Part shown: in pieces, positions 48,566 to 58,705 of the stretch | Layout of the letters: each line of letters begins with the position of its first letter | Numbering within the stretch: position 1 is the first letter of the stretch | NCBI GenBank assembly: GCA_037200925.1 | Contig: JBBCGO010000001.1 | Span: 696,235-760,234 of the forward strand | DNA from: Candidatus Doudnabacteria bacterium | GTDB lineage: Bacteria; Patescibacteriota; Doudnabacteria; UBA920; O2-02-FULL-48-8 | Direction: 5' to 3' | Length of the DNA: 64,000 bases | Position numbers and translations under genes: made by a program | The notes under the pieces: generated by a model | Databases searched by the model: none | What the model was told of the DNA's origin: nothing | The model's input: only the letters and a program-made list of their open reading frames with translations

Positions 48566-48585
48566 ATTCCAGGCAAAAAGAAAAC

Positions 48586-48618
48586 CCCTTAGCTTTGTTG
48601 CAGAACTAAGAGGTTTTA
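48586..48618 (-). terminator. terminator hairpin with conserved GTTGCAGAACTAAGAGG half-site, copy 3
   Basis: ccccttagctttg-ttg-cagaactaagagg, then T-rich run on the minus strand. Confidence 0.5.
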
Positions 48619-48662
48619 AGCAAAACATCAAGTGCCTTGTGGTGCTATTGGCTGAACTCTTC

Positions 48663-49094
48663 TTATAGTTCCTGCGCCAATTGAAGACAACCTTTGAGCT
48701 TACGCATTCGGAACGGAAGACCTTTCCTGATGAAGAAGATGTCGTACCCTTTTGAAGAGTCGTACCCTAAAGGGGTCTCCTCAACAAGCTCCGGTATAGA
48801 CCAGGTACTGATTGGTTTGTTGTCGGTCTCGCGTAATTTCTTGAGAACCAGCAACTTTCTCGGCTTCCATTTGATACTGAATATCTTTCGCCAATCTTCT
48901 TTCGTGAGCCGAGTGTCGAACTGGCGATTCACAATGACGTTGTGCTGCACTACCAAACCGCGACGGGTATGCCGGGCAGTGAACACGATCTTGTCTTCGA
49001 GAATGGTCTTACCCGCAAGTGATTGCTTGATAGCTTTTGCAATTTCAAGAGCGAGAGGGGTCAGGGTAGTCATCTGGTCTGTTTTATGAGACAT
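48663..49094 (-). CDS. hypothetical protein
   Basis: Start set at MSHKTD (GGAGG SD, 5-nt spacer). Confidence 0.5.
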   Translation of the reverse strand: MSHKTDQMTTLTPLALEIAKAIKQSLAGKTILEDKIVFTARHTRRGLVVQHNVIVNRQFDTRLTKEDWRKIFSIKWKPRKLLVLKKLRETDNKPISTWSIPELVEETPLGYDSSKGYDIFFIRKGLPFRMRKLKGCLQLAQEL

Positions 49095-49160
49095 AAATCC
49101 TCCAAACAAATTCTCGTGTTAAGGTCAGTATTTCTGCGGCTCATCCCATTACTAATTTAT

Positions 49161-49171
49161 AATTATAGCAG
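49161..49171 (-). promoter_or_regulatory. extended -10 promoter (cTGCTATAATt) for the 48663 gene
   Basis: TGn plus perfect TATAAT on the minus strand. Confidence 0.4.
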
Positions 49172-49258
49172 ATTTTAGTGTTATTGTCAAGATACCTATT
49201 TGACTAAACGTTTTAGTATAGCCAACAAGGGCATCTTATGAACAAAAGTACCGCCAGC

Positions 49259-49287
49259 TTGACAACCTTGGTAAATAACCCTATTAT
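49259..49287 (+). promoter_or_regulatory. candidate rRNA promoter
   Basis: TTGACA (49259-49264), 17 nt, TATTAT (49282-49287). About 350 nt upstream of the mature 16S 5' end. Confidence 0.4.
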
Positions 49288-49640
49288 ATTTGTACGTTAA
49301 AAATCTAATAAAGGAGCCTTAAAAAACACTACACGTTTTTGAGCCAATTTCTTTGATCCCGCAAGCTTATATGGGATATCAGGAAACACGAAGAAGCTCG
49401 TGTTTTTTACTTGCTTAAAGGTTTTTAAAGAACCTTAACAAATCAATACAGTAATAGATTGTACACTCAATAGACTTTGCAAGCAGTTTATTGGGAATAA
49501 GAATACGTCAATAACTTTGAATTTATAAAGGTTTATGTAATTGACCTTTTAAAAAAATAATTGCGCCAGTTTGTTTCTGAACAAGAAGCAAGCTCAACAA
49601 TTTCTGGTAGAGGTATCGCAAGAAATCCTCTCAACAGAAT

Positions 49641-51100
<1,460 letters not shown>

Positions 51101-51255
51101 TAAGGAGAATTCCGCAACATGTAGTACAGAGATTTCGATCTTTTGCTACTAGCGGTATATGGTCGATTGCTCAGACCTAAAGTCGGAGCGATACTAAAAG
51201 ATTTCAAAGTGAAAAGACGAAAAACTTATTCCCAATAATTTGTTTGCAAACAAAT

Positions 51256-51289
51256 AAAAGCCTCGTGGCCATTCGGTCAGAGGCTTTTT
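51256..51289 (+). terminator. intrinsic terminator after the 16S gene
   Basis: aaaagcctc...gaggc hairpin plus TTTTT. No 23S or tRNA follows. Confidence 0.5.
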
Positions 51290-51380
51290 AAATTGCATAG
51301 TATTGACAATTCGGCCATTCTGATGTATTATGTTTAGTCTCGCAACCCGGGATCATATTCGATTTTTTGAGGAGGATGGA

Positions 51381-51683
51381 ATGAAAATCAATGCGCGTTT
51401 TCCCAAAGCGATGCCGGCAGTTGGTTCTCTAGTGCGGTTTACGACAAGCGAGAACGAGTTGAAACCGAAAGAAGGCAACGACCTCATTGAGGCCATCATC
51501 ATCTCTCGTTGGTTCGATAGCGCAACGGGTCTGTTTTACGCCACGACGAGCAATCTATTTTTCCAGGATCTGACATACAATCCTTATCGACGCGCGCGTG
51601 GGTGGGAAAGTTCGATCGGGCAATCCGAAGGCAAAGAATTCCGGAAAAATATCTTGCAACTCCGAGTTCTCAAACGCCGCTAG
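51381..51683 (+). CDS. hypothetical protein (100 aa)
   Basis: GAGGAGG SD 5 nt upstream of MKINARF. Strong terminator follows. Confidence 0.5.
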   Translation: MKINARFPKAMPAVGSLVRFTTSENELKPKEGNDLIEAIIISRWFDSATGLFYATTSNLFFQDLTYNPYRRARGWESSIGQSEGKEFRKNILQLRVLKRR

Positions 51684-51692
51684 ACGAATCAC

Positions 51693-51726
51693 AGAGCCTT
51701 CGTAATTCGAAGGCTCTTTTCTTTTT
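51693..51726 (+). terminator. rho-independent terminator
   Basis: agagccttcg-taat-cgaaggctct hairpin plus TTTTCTTTTT. Confidence 0.7.
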
Positions 51727-51806
51727 GCCAAAAAAAGAACCCCGATACTAGACGCTACGCGTCAGTACGGGGTATGGCGGTCGTCGGGAATGACCGCTTT
51801 GTGCGG

Positions 51807-52616
51807 TCACGATCCGCTTTTGCGTCCGGCCCAGTTGAAAATGTTCTCTTCGAGGAAGAATTCGAAGATGAACACTTTTTGTTTCTGGGAGTACTGGATA
51901 TTGGTATATCCTGGTTCCATGCGGGTTTCTCCGTACGAAAATCCGGCCAGAAACCCATAGCCTGCCCGAGAATCCTTATCGCAATCTCCACAGAATCTGA
52001 ATCCGGCAAGAGCGATCAGAGGAACTCGGTAGCTGCCGATAGTTTGTTCCGGCAGACTGGGCTTAAGATCGTCGAGAGCGTGGCGTCCTTGGCTGAAATT
52101 GATGTCCCGCCAGAGACCATACGACGACACCTCAGTTGTAAACCAGATTGGACCAGCTACTTTCACGGAAGCTTCTGCAAAAACTCCAATGTTTGCAGCG
52201 GCTGTCGAAAGCTCGAAGTAGTCGTAAAAACTACCGCACTCACCGCCACCTTCGCAGTAGATATCAGAAGTACCTGATCTGAATGAAAAAGCAGGTCCGG
52301 CTGCTATTTGAATCCGATTGCCGAAATTCAGAGTAGGTCCAAACTGAAGAGGAACTTGGTAGGTCGGTCGAAGGGTGAAGTTGACCCCATCGTCTTTGAA
52401 GGAGCCACCTTGGACAAATACAAAGGTCGTGAGGTTTTCGGGAAAGTTTCCGAAAACGTTTTTGGCCCACAGGACTGGTTGCAGGCCGCCTTTCATTTTG
52501 AAACCAATTGTGACACCTTCCGGGTGGTCCACTTTCTTTTCTTCATCTTGCTGGGCCGAAACTGGTGGCGCAATCATCAGGAGAGCGACGACCAGAGCAC
52601 TTGACCATTTTTCCAT
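51807..52616 (-). CDS. secreted Cys-containing protein, paralog A (unknown function)
   Basis: AGGAGG SD. Signal peptide MEKWSSALVVALLMIAPPVSAQQ. Shares GxYCEGG.C and CGDCDKD-type motifs with 52795..53604. Confidence 0.6.
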   Translation of the reverse strand: MEKWSSALVVALLMIAPPVSAQQDEEKKVDHPEGVTIGFKMKGGLQPVLWAKNVFGNFPENLTTFVFVQGGSFKDDGVNFTLRPTYQVPLQFGPTLNFGNRIQIAAGPAFSFRSGTSDIYCEGGGECGSFYDYFELSTAAANIGVFAEASVKVAGPIWFTTEVSSYGLWRDINFSQGRHALDDLKPSLPEQTIGSYRVPLIALAGFRFCGDCDKDSRAGYGFLAGFSYGETRMEPGYTNIQYSQKQKVFIFEFFLEENIFNWAGRKSGS

Positions 52617-52752
52617 AGGTCCTCCTTGGACATTAGAGCATATCATTTTAATGAATTGAAATCAAGAGCCTAAAGATCCCGTCAAACGGGACAAGTCGGC
52701 TCTTTTTTGTTTTGCAAAACTACGTATCTAACTACGTAGTTTGCGACGTCGT

Positions 52753-52786
52753 AAAAAAAGAAGCGGTCGTCTGGGACGAACCGCTT
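52753..52786 (-). terminator. terminator, member of a duplicated intergenic module (see 54384-54410)
   Basis: Plus-strand AAAAAAAG, then aagcggtcgtctgggacgaaccgctt hairpin; reads as hairpin plus T-run on the minus strand. Confidence 0.5.
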
Positions 52787-52794
52787 AGCCTAAT

Positions 52795-53604
52795 TCAGGA
52801 CTTTTCTTTGTGGTTGATAAACAATCGAAAGTTGAACGAAAATCCAACCGCCAGCTTTCTGACATTTTCCGTATATCGGATATCCGAGAATTGCGGATTG
52901 AGAGTCGTACTAGATGGGATATACCCGATCATCAGCCGCGCGTCCACGCCATTGTCCTCGTCACAATCACAAAGCCCGATTCCAAACAGGATGCCGTACG
53001 GTACGCGGCGTGTGGCGATAGTCTGTTTGAGTAGAGTATCGTCGCCACCATAAGCACTAAATCCCTGTTTGAAATCTATCGTGGTGGTGTCTTTGTTGTT
53101 GAGCAGTCCTTGAACATGTAGCCAGACCGGCCCAATTGCGCGGACAGACCCCTCGACATATTCGCCGTAATATCCGCCAGTGTTGAGCATCTGGAAATAT
53201 GTGACTGTGGAACCTTCGCAGTAGCACCCTTGGACGATATTTTTATCGCTGTTGCCGCCCGTTATCAGCATATTGAAGCCGCCCGCCAACTCCACCCGGT
53301 TTTTGATGTTTACGAAAATTCCGAGCTGGCCTGTACCCATGGTCAAATCCTGTATGAAATGGTCAGCTGGGAACGTTTGGGTAGAGTCCGGGATCGTCCG
53401 GAGTGATTCGGGGATGTTTGCGAAATCGGAGTTACCCCGCCAGCCAAACGAAACTCCGAACGTGCTACCGACAATCACCGCGGGTGCGTGGTTGGCCACC
53501 GGGTTGTCCTGGGCATTCGCAACCGACGCTAGAAGTGAAAAGACTGCGATTGCTGCAAAAGTCAGTTTTTTCATATGTCCTCCTTTGGCTATCAATCCTA
53601 ACAT
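52795..53604 (-). CDS. secreted Cys-containing protein, paralog B (unknown function)
   Basis: Signal peptide MKKLTFAAIAVFSLLASVANAQD. QGCYCEGS and CDCDEDNG motifs. Confidence 0.6.
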   Translation of the reverse strand: MLGLIAKGGHMKKLTFAAIAVFSLLASVANAQDNPVANHAPAVIVGSTFGVSFGWRGNSDFANIPESLRTIPDSTQTFPADHFIQDLTMGTGQLGIFVNIKNRVELAGGFNMLITGGNSDKNIVQGCYCEGSTVTYFQMLNTGGYYGEYVEGSVRAIGPVWLHVQGLLNNKDTTTIDFKQGFSAYGGDDTLLKQTIATRRVPYGILFGIGLCDCDEDNGVDARLMIGYIPSSTTLNPQFSDIRYTENVRKLAVGFSFNFRLFINHKEKS

Positions 53605-53729
53605 GTTCGGAAGCGGTTCGTAAAGAACCTTCGGCGGCTCTTTTTTTGTTCGGTCGGTTTGTGTTAATATACTTCAAACGAAAACAAAAACCGCTAATCG
53701 CGGTTAAGTTTGTCTTAAGGAGGGTGATT

Positions 53730-54323
53730 GTGAAGGAATGGGTTTTCCTGCTCGTCGCTGCTCTCGCGGCTGCTTCATGCAGCAACACTACATCCGTGTC
53801 AGCGCCTACGCAGACGGCCACGAACTCTGTGCCGATCAGCAAAAGCGTGATCTTCGATGCCATTTCCGAAGGCAATAAAATGTCTTCCTTCGCCGAGTTC
53901 CGTAAGAACGGAACTGCCTTCTACCATAAGACCGGGGGTGCCGGCGGTGGGAGGGGATTCAATATCGCCGTGATCGATTTGAATACTGGTGAGCAGGTAG
54001 GCCAGGTACAGAATTTCGATACATGGGGCTCGGTAAGTCCAAGCCTGGTCACTGCCTATCTGGACTCCATCCCGAACAAAAGCCTGATCTTGATCGCCGT
54101 CGGAGATGAAGCAGGGATCAATCACTGGGATACCTGTGATTTTTACTCCGGTAGCAGTCTGAATCTCATAGACAGCTTGAGAGCGCTTGGGTCGACGATG
54201 ATTTCAAATTATTGCTACGGATATTCCTGGAGCATGATCGCCATCAAAGGCGGCGACAAGAAAGACGAGCAGTTGCTTACGATCGGGGATGCGAAAAGCA
54301 CTTTCAGCCTTCAACTTCCGTAG
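53730..54323 (+). CDS. putative lipoprotein with ILEI/PANDER-like (FAM3-type) domain
   Basis: GTG start with AAGGAGGG SD. Lipobox-like LAAASC. Motifs FDTWG, LILIAVGDEAG, LRALGS, YGYSWSMIAIKGG resemble the ILEI domain. The longer track ORF would overlap the preceding minus-strand gene. Confidence 0.45.
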   Translation: MKEWVFLLVAALAAASCSNTTSVSAPTQTATNSVPISKSVIFDAISEGNKMSSFAEFRKNGTAFYHKTGGAGGGRGFNIAVIDLNTGEQVGQVQNFDTWGSVSPSLVTAYLDSIPNKSLILIAVGDEAGINHWDTCDFYSGSSLNLIDSLRALGSTMISNYCYGYSWSMIAIKGGDKKDEQLLTIGDAKSTFSLQLP

Positions 54324-54383
54324 TTTGCGAAGTTCAGCCGTTTTCACATGCAGTGAAGTCGGCTCTTTTTTTTGGCAAAAAAA

Positions 54384-54410
54384 GAAGCGGTCGTCTGTGA
54401 CGCCGCTTAG
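54384..54410 (-). terminator. terminator, second copy of duplicated intergenic module
   Basis: aaaaaaagaagcggtcgtctgtgacgccgcttag. About 85% identical to 52753-52790. Ends at the stop codon of the 54407 gene. Confidence 0.45.
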
Positions 54411-54931
54411 AAATCGCTTAGCTTGCTGAATTTTGGCGGAGGAAGCTGCAAACAGGTATGCGTAATGACCGTTTGGTTGATCCAGCGCCGCCTCCATTCT
54501 GACCACTCTCCTCTCTCTCGGATAGTGGCGCACACGCTACGCCGGCCTTCTCTGGGTGCAAAAACATGAGCAGCCGACGCTTCGACTCCGGGAGGTATAA
54601 CGCCGCTGTTAAAACTTCCTTCCTCTAAGCCATCTCCCCATGTCCATACCGGTTCTCCGCGGCTACCGGCTACCCAATCGTTTTCTCGCATGTGACGGAT
54701 CGAGACCACCACACCATTACCATCATCGCTGACAGACTCAAGAACAAGACTGACCGTTTTTGGAGGTTTGGCCTCAGCCCAGTCGTTGAACGCGTGTACT
54801 AGCAGACCCAATATCGCCATGGGGACAAGAACGGGTCCGAATACCAGCGCCAGAATACTAACTATGAAAAATAAGGCGTTATTGAAGAGTTTATCGAGGA
54901 CAGTATCCTTAATTGAACGCCCTTGATTCAT
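54407..54931 (-). CDS. single-TM membrane protein, unknown function
   Basis: Start set at MNQGRSI (AGGAGG SD, 5-nt spacer). One long hydrophobic helix. Confidence 0.5.
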   Translation of the reverse strand: MNQGRSIKDTVLDKLFNNALFFIVSILALVFGPVLVPMAILGLLVHAFNDWAEAKPPKTVSLVLESVSDDGNGVVVSIRHMRENDWVAGSRGEPVWTWGDGLEEGSFNSGVIPPGVEASAAHVFAPREGRRSVCATIRERGEWSEWRRRWINQTVITHTCLQLPPPKFSKLSDF

Positions 54932-55046
54932 TGCGTCCTCCTTCGACTCCAAGGTATACCTTTTCGTCCCGCTAATCAAGAGTCTTGAGAACGGCTCTTT
55001 TTTGTTTGTCAAAAAATTGTTATACTAAACTCGTAGAAGATCAAAA

Positions 55047-55790
55047 ATGAAATCAAAAAAACCTGACAAAAAATCGCCAATAGTTCGTCACATTCACAAG
55101 ACCATCAAGAAGAGCACTTGGATGGCTCGGGAAGTTGTGAAATTCACAGGCATTCCAACGGCCTACTCTGAGACCGTGGCGTGGTTTGCGGAACGCATGA
55201 TCTTGGCAACTATATGTCTGCTGATTGCGGGATTTACCGTCGGAGTAATTTTTGCTTTGTATGTATCACCTCCGATTGCCCTAAGTCCCACATATACTTA
55301 TCTGGCTGACCACGCGGACATGGTTAAGGCACAGTTCATTGATTTTGCTTCGCCTTTTTTTGAACAATTCTTAAGGGAAAATTATAAAGAAGAGAAACTC
55401 CAGGCGAAAGCTCTGGCTTTACGCAAACAACAACTCCAGGCATATTTGGAGAAGAAAGATTCGCCGTTTGCCGATGATGATCAGACCTTGACCGCGCTGG
55501 CCTCGGCCAAAAACATGAAATTGATCCTGGCGATCTCGTTTGTGGAGAGCAACTTCGGCAAGCATTGTTATTATTTCAATTGCTCGGGCATTGGCGGGTC
55601 CGTACCGAATCTGCGGAAGTATAAAAGCTACGCGGAGTGGGTAGTGGACTTTGACAAACTGCTGGAAGACCACTACAAAGGTGTGGCTCCGGAAAAGTTT
55701 ATCGGCCTCTATGTCCAGCCGGGGAGTCCGAATTGGATCAACGGAGTGAGCCAAGTTTTGGAAGAATTTAAAGAACAAGGAATAGCATAA
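55047..55790 (+). CDS. membrane-anchored glucosaminidase-like peptidoglycan hydrolase (GH73/FlgJ-like domain)
   Basis: N-terminal TM. C-terminal LAISFVESNFG...NCSGIGG...KYKSYAEWVVDFDKLL resembles the mannosyl-glycoprotein endo-beta-N-acetylglucosaminidase fold, with a catalytic Glu in VES. Confidence 0.5.
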   Translation: MKSKKPDKKSPIVRHIHKTIKKSTWMAREVVKFTGIPTAYSETVAWFAERMILATICLLIAGFTVGVIFALYVSPPIALSPTYTYLADHADMVKAQFIDFASPFFEQFLRENYKEEKLQAKALALRKQQLQAYLEKKDSPFADDDQTLTALASAKNMKLILAISFVESNFGKHCYYFNCSGIGGSVPNLRKYKSYAEWVVDFDKLLEDHYKGVAPEKFIGLYVQPGSPNWINGVSQVLEEFKEQGIA

Positions 55791-56085
55791 ATCAATCGCC
55801 CGGAGGCGGTTGTTTTATGAGCCTGGATAATTTTGAGCTCATTTTTTTCACCATTGACATTTTCTTTGGCCGGGTATATACCATAAACATATATGTCCAA
55901 TTGCAAATGGGAAATTCTATATCTTGTTGACCCGCCTGTCCGCCCGACTTGAGGTTATATTTAACAGTGGAAAGGGCAGATTTATGTGGAATCATTATCT
56001 TCTGTGGGCGATTGATGAAGCCATGCGCCATCTCTGGCCGGGTAAAAAATAAACTGCGAGAAGAAACAAAAAGTAATAAAATGAC

Positions 56086-56111
56086 AAAAACCGCCTGTTG
56101 GCGGTTTTTTC
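56086..56111 (+). terminator. rho-independent terminator of a short plus-strand transcript
   Basis: aaccgcc-tgtt-ggcggtt hairpin plus TTTTTC. Confidence 0.6.
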
Positions 56112-56148
56112 TTTTGCACTTTTATTGTTCCGGCTATATAGTTAGAAC

Positions 56149-56499
56149 ATGAATAAACTCCTGAAAATAGAAGAACTGGCAATGTTTTGTCTGGGCATCT
56201 TTCTGTTCTCGCAGCTTCATTTTGCCTGGTGGTGGTTCGCGCTTTTGTTGCTGACGCCGGATATCGGAATGATAGGGTATCTGATAAATCCAAAGATCGG
56301 AGCTTTTACTTATAACCTCCTGCATCACAGAGCCGTGGCCATAAGCGTATATTTATCGGGGATCTATTTCGGCAACAGCATTCTGCAGCTTGCCGGAGTG
56401 ATCATGTTCGCGCACAGCAGCATGGATCGGATCTTAGGCTTTGGGCTTAAGTATCCTGATTCTTTTACTCACACTCATTTGGAAAAAATAGGGAAATAA
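56149..56499 (+). CDS. small polytopic membrane protein (DUF4260-like)
   Basis: 116 aa with 4 hydrophobic segments. Confidence 0.55.
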   Translation: MNKLLKIEELAMFCLGIFLFSQLHFAWWWFALLLLTPDIGMIGYLINPKIGAFTYNLLHHRAVAISVYLSGIYFGNSILQLAGVIMFAHSSMDRILGFGLKYPDSFTHTHLEKIGK

Positions 56500-56918
56500 T
56501 GAAAACTATTTTGCACGAAGGCAATCAATACGTGTTAAGGTTTGACAGGGGAGAGGAAGTCATCTCTTCACTCAAACAATTTTGTCAGCAGGAGAAAATC
56601 GTTTCCGTCTTTTTTTACGGGTTGGGCGCATGCAGTTATTTGAAGCTTGCTTACTATAATCTGGAGACAAAAAAATACCAGGAGCAGGAATTCGATCGGG
56701 ATCTGGAGATAGCAGGTGTCAGCGGAAATATTGCAGAATTTGAGAATGACCTGACTGTGCACATGCACGGCAGCTTTGCCGACGAAACCATGAAAGCATT
56801 GGGCGGGCATGTTGTGTCCATGAAAACAGCCGGGACCTGCGAAATATTCCTGACGAAATTCGGACAGCCGATGACCCGTAAATTCAACCCCGAAACCGGC
56901 CTGAAGCTTTTGGATTGA
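56499..56918 (+). CDS. PPC (DUF296) domain protein
   Basis: FFYGLGACSYLKLAYYN...GNIAEFENDLTVHMHGSF...GGHV pattern typical of the PPC/AT-hook-associated domain. Confidence 0.55.
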   Translation: MKTILHEGNQYVLRFDRGEEVISSLKQFCQQEKIVSVFFYGLGACSYLKLAYYNLETKKYQEQEFDRDLEIAGVSGNIAEFENDLTVHMHGSFADETMKALGGHVVSMKTAGTCEIFLTKFGQPMTRKFNPETGLKLLD

Positions 56919-56974
56919 CTTCGCATTTTCTTGATCCAATAAAAAAACGGGCGTCTCACGGCGGTCCGTTTGTA

Positions 56975-57199
56975 TTATTTTGGAGGGATGTCCTTTGGCG
57001 GGGGAATGAAATTCTGTTCAGGGCCGGGCTTGATCTTGTCACCCGCTTCGCGCCAGAGCGAATCGATGAAGATGCGGATCGTGCCGTCGCCTATACGCAT
57101 ATATTCGACTTTATTGGTCTCAATCCAGTTGTATATCGTGCGCCGGCTGACACCGACCAGTTCACAGGCTTTCGGTATTGAAATTGTTTTGCGCTCCAT
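56975..57199 (-). CDS. HTH_17 (excisionase/MerR-like) DNA-binding protein, paralog of the 23279 gene
   Basis: ISIPKACELVGVSRRTIYNWIETNKVEYMRIGDGTIRI. Confidence 0.6.
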   Translation of the reverse strand: MERKTISIPKACELVGVSRRTIYNWIETNKVEYMRIGDGTIRIFIDSLWREAGDKIKPGPEQNFIPPPKDIPPK

Positions 57200-57283
57200 T
57201 GAGCTCCTCCTGAATAAAGATTAACACATGCGCTTGATTTATCAAGAATTAGTCATATTTTTTTGATTTGATATAATAAATGC

Positions 57284-57649
57284 ATGAAAAGATTGTATTG
57301 GGAAATTTTGTTCGGTGCGCTGTTCGTTCTGGCCGGCAGTTTCCTGGCGTATAGATTCCTTTCCGGTTACAGTGCTTTCTGGACTGCCCAAAAATTATGG
57401 AGTTTGATCTTGGTTGTTGGTTATGTTTTCGTTGCCGGCGGCTATTGGCGACAGGGAGCAATTATTCACAGGGCGAAAAACGCCACAAATGTATCTTTGA
57501 TCCTGCCCAGCGCAGTTTTTGTGGTGCAGTGCATAATATTCGTCAAAGGAATTTATTACCATGATGCGGCGTTGGTTACGGGCGCGATTCTGGTAAACTC
57601 GGCCGTAGTCTTCGATATTTATCAAATAATAAGAGCTGGCAGTCATTAA
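57284..57649 (+). CDS. small membrane protein, unknown function
   Basis: 121 aa with 4 hydrophobic helices. Confidence 0.5.
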   Translation: MKRLYWEILFGALFVLAGSFLAYRFLSGYSAFWTAQKLWSLILVVGYVFVAGGYWRQGAIIHRAKNATNVSLILPSAVFVVQCIIFVKGIYYHDAALVTGAILVNSAVVFDIYQIIRAGSH

Positions 57650-57662
57650 ACAAGGAAATTTT

Positions 57663-58319
57663 ATGTACAAAGTAAAACCGTCAGAGGAATGCGAAATGAT
57701 AGAAGACATGCCGTTGAAAGCTTTGGTGCTGAATGCTTCTTTAAAACATAAAGGCAAGGAGATATCAAACACCGAGGAACTGGCGCAGCTGGTTTTGGAT
57801 AATATGAAGCCTCATAAAGTGGAGTCCGAGATCATCCGCCTGGCTGATCTGAGAATTCCTGTGGGCTTGGATTATAAAGAAAGCGATGACGACGAGTGGC
57901 CTTCGATCGTGGCTAAAATTAAAGCTGCGGATATTGTCATCTTTGCCACGCCGATCTGGTGGGGCGGACGCTCCAGCCTAATGCAGAGGATAATTGAGAG
58001 ATTGGATTCTTTGGACGAAGAGTATTCGGCTTCGGGTAGATCGGCTTTATTGAATAAAGTGGCGGGGATATGCATTACCGGTTCGGAAGACGGGGCGCAG
58101 GCGGTGCAGGGAGCGATCATGGAAGTTCTGACCTGGATGAATTTTACTTTGCCTCCGGAGTGCTGCGCTTACTGGGTCGGGGAAGTGGGACAGCCGCCGG
58201 CGAAGGATCGCGAAAAGCGGCTAGCCAATGAAGCCACCAAGCACATGGCGCACAATCTGGCCCGCAATCTGGTTTATTATGCGCAACTTCTGAAAAAGCA
58301 TCCGATGGTGATGAAATAG
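57663..58319 (+). CDS. flavodoxin-like NAD(P)H-dependent FMN reductase/oxidoreductase
   Basis: LNASLKHKGKE...DIVIFATPIWWGGRSSLMQ matches the NADPH-dependent FMN reductase fold. Confidence 0.65.
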   Translation: MYKVKPSEECEMIEDMPLKALVLNASLKHKGKEISNTEELAQLVLDNMKPHKVESEIIRLADLRIPVGLDYKESDDDEWPSIVAKIKAADIVIFATPIWWGGRSSLMQRIIERLDSLDEEYSASGRSALLNKVAGICITGSEDGAQAVQGAIMEVLTWMNFTLPPECCAYWVGEVGQPPAKDREKRLANEATKHMAHNLARNLVYYAQLLKKHPMVMK

Positions 58320-58332
58320 TTTAGGAGGATTT

Positions 58333-58629
58333 ATGAAGCAGGCCATCATCGGCCTTGCGATCGGCTGGCTTTTCGCAAAGCTCCTGGGCAGGAAAGACGA
58401 ACAGGAATTCAAGCTTTGGAAGCAAGCCGATCGGGAGTACGACTTGTTGTTCCATAAGCTGCTGGAATTGCGGGACGATCCGACCATGACCGACAGAAAA
58501 TGGGCGAGCTGGCTCCCTGTCTTTGAGTATATGGACAGGCACTATGCAGCCAATAATTTTCTGAATGTGAAAGTTGTATCGCTTGGCGAGTTCGTCAGAA
58601 AACAGATCGATGACAAATGTTATTTATAG
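58333..58629 (+). CDS. hypothetical protein
   Basis: AGGAGG SD. 98 aa. N-terminal hydrophobic helix. Confidence 0.5.
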   Translation: MKQAIIGLAIGWLFAKLLGRKDEQEFKLWKQADREYDLLFHKLLELRDDPTMTDRKWASWLPVFEYMDRHYAANNFLNVKVVSLGEFVRKQIDDKCYL

Positions 58630-58705
58630 GAGACCAAAAAGCGGCCTTGGGGCTCCTTTTTTATTTGGAAAGTTTTGTTATAATATCTTTAGAAAGGAAA
58701 ATTTT

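Noticed and set aside
51807-53604. Calling the two secreted paralogs outer-membrane beta-barrel porins
   Set aside because: Their size and signal peptides fit, but there is no C-terminal aromatic beta-signal. The LPXTG-type protein nearby hints at a Gram-positive-type envelope. I left them as secreted proteins of unknown function.
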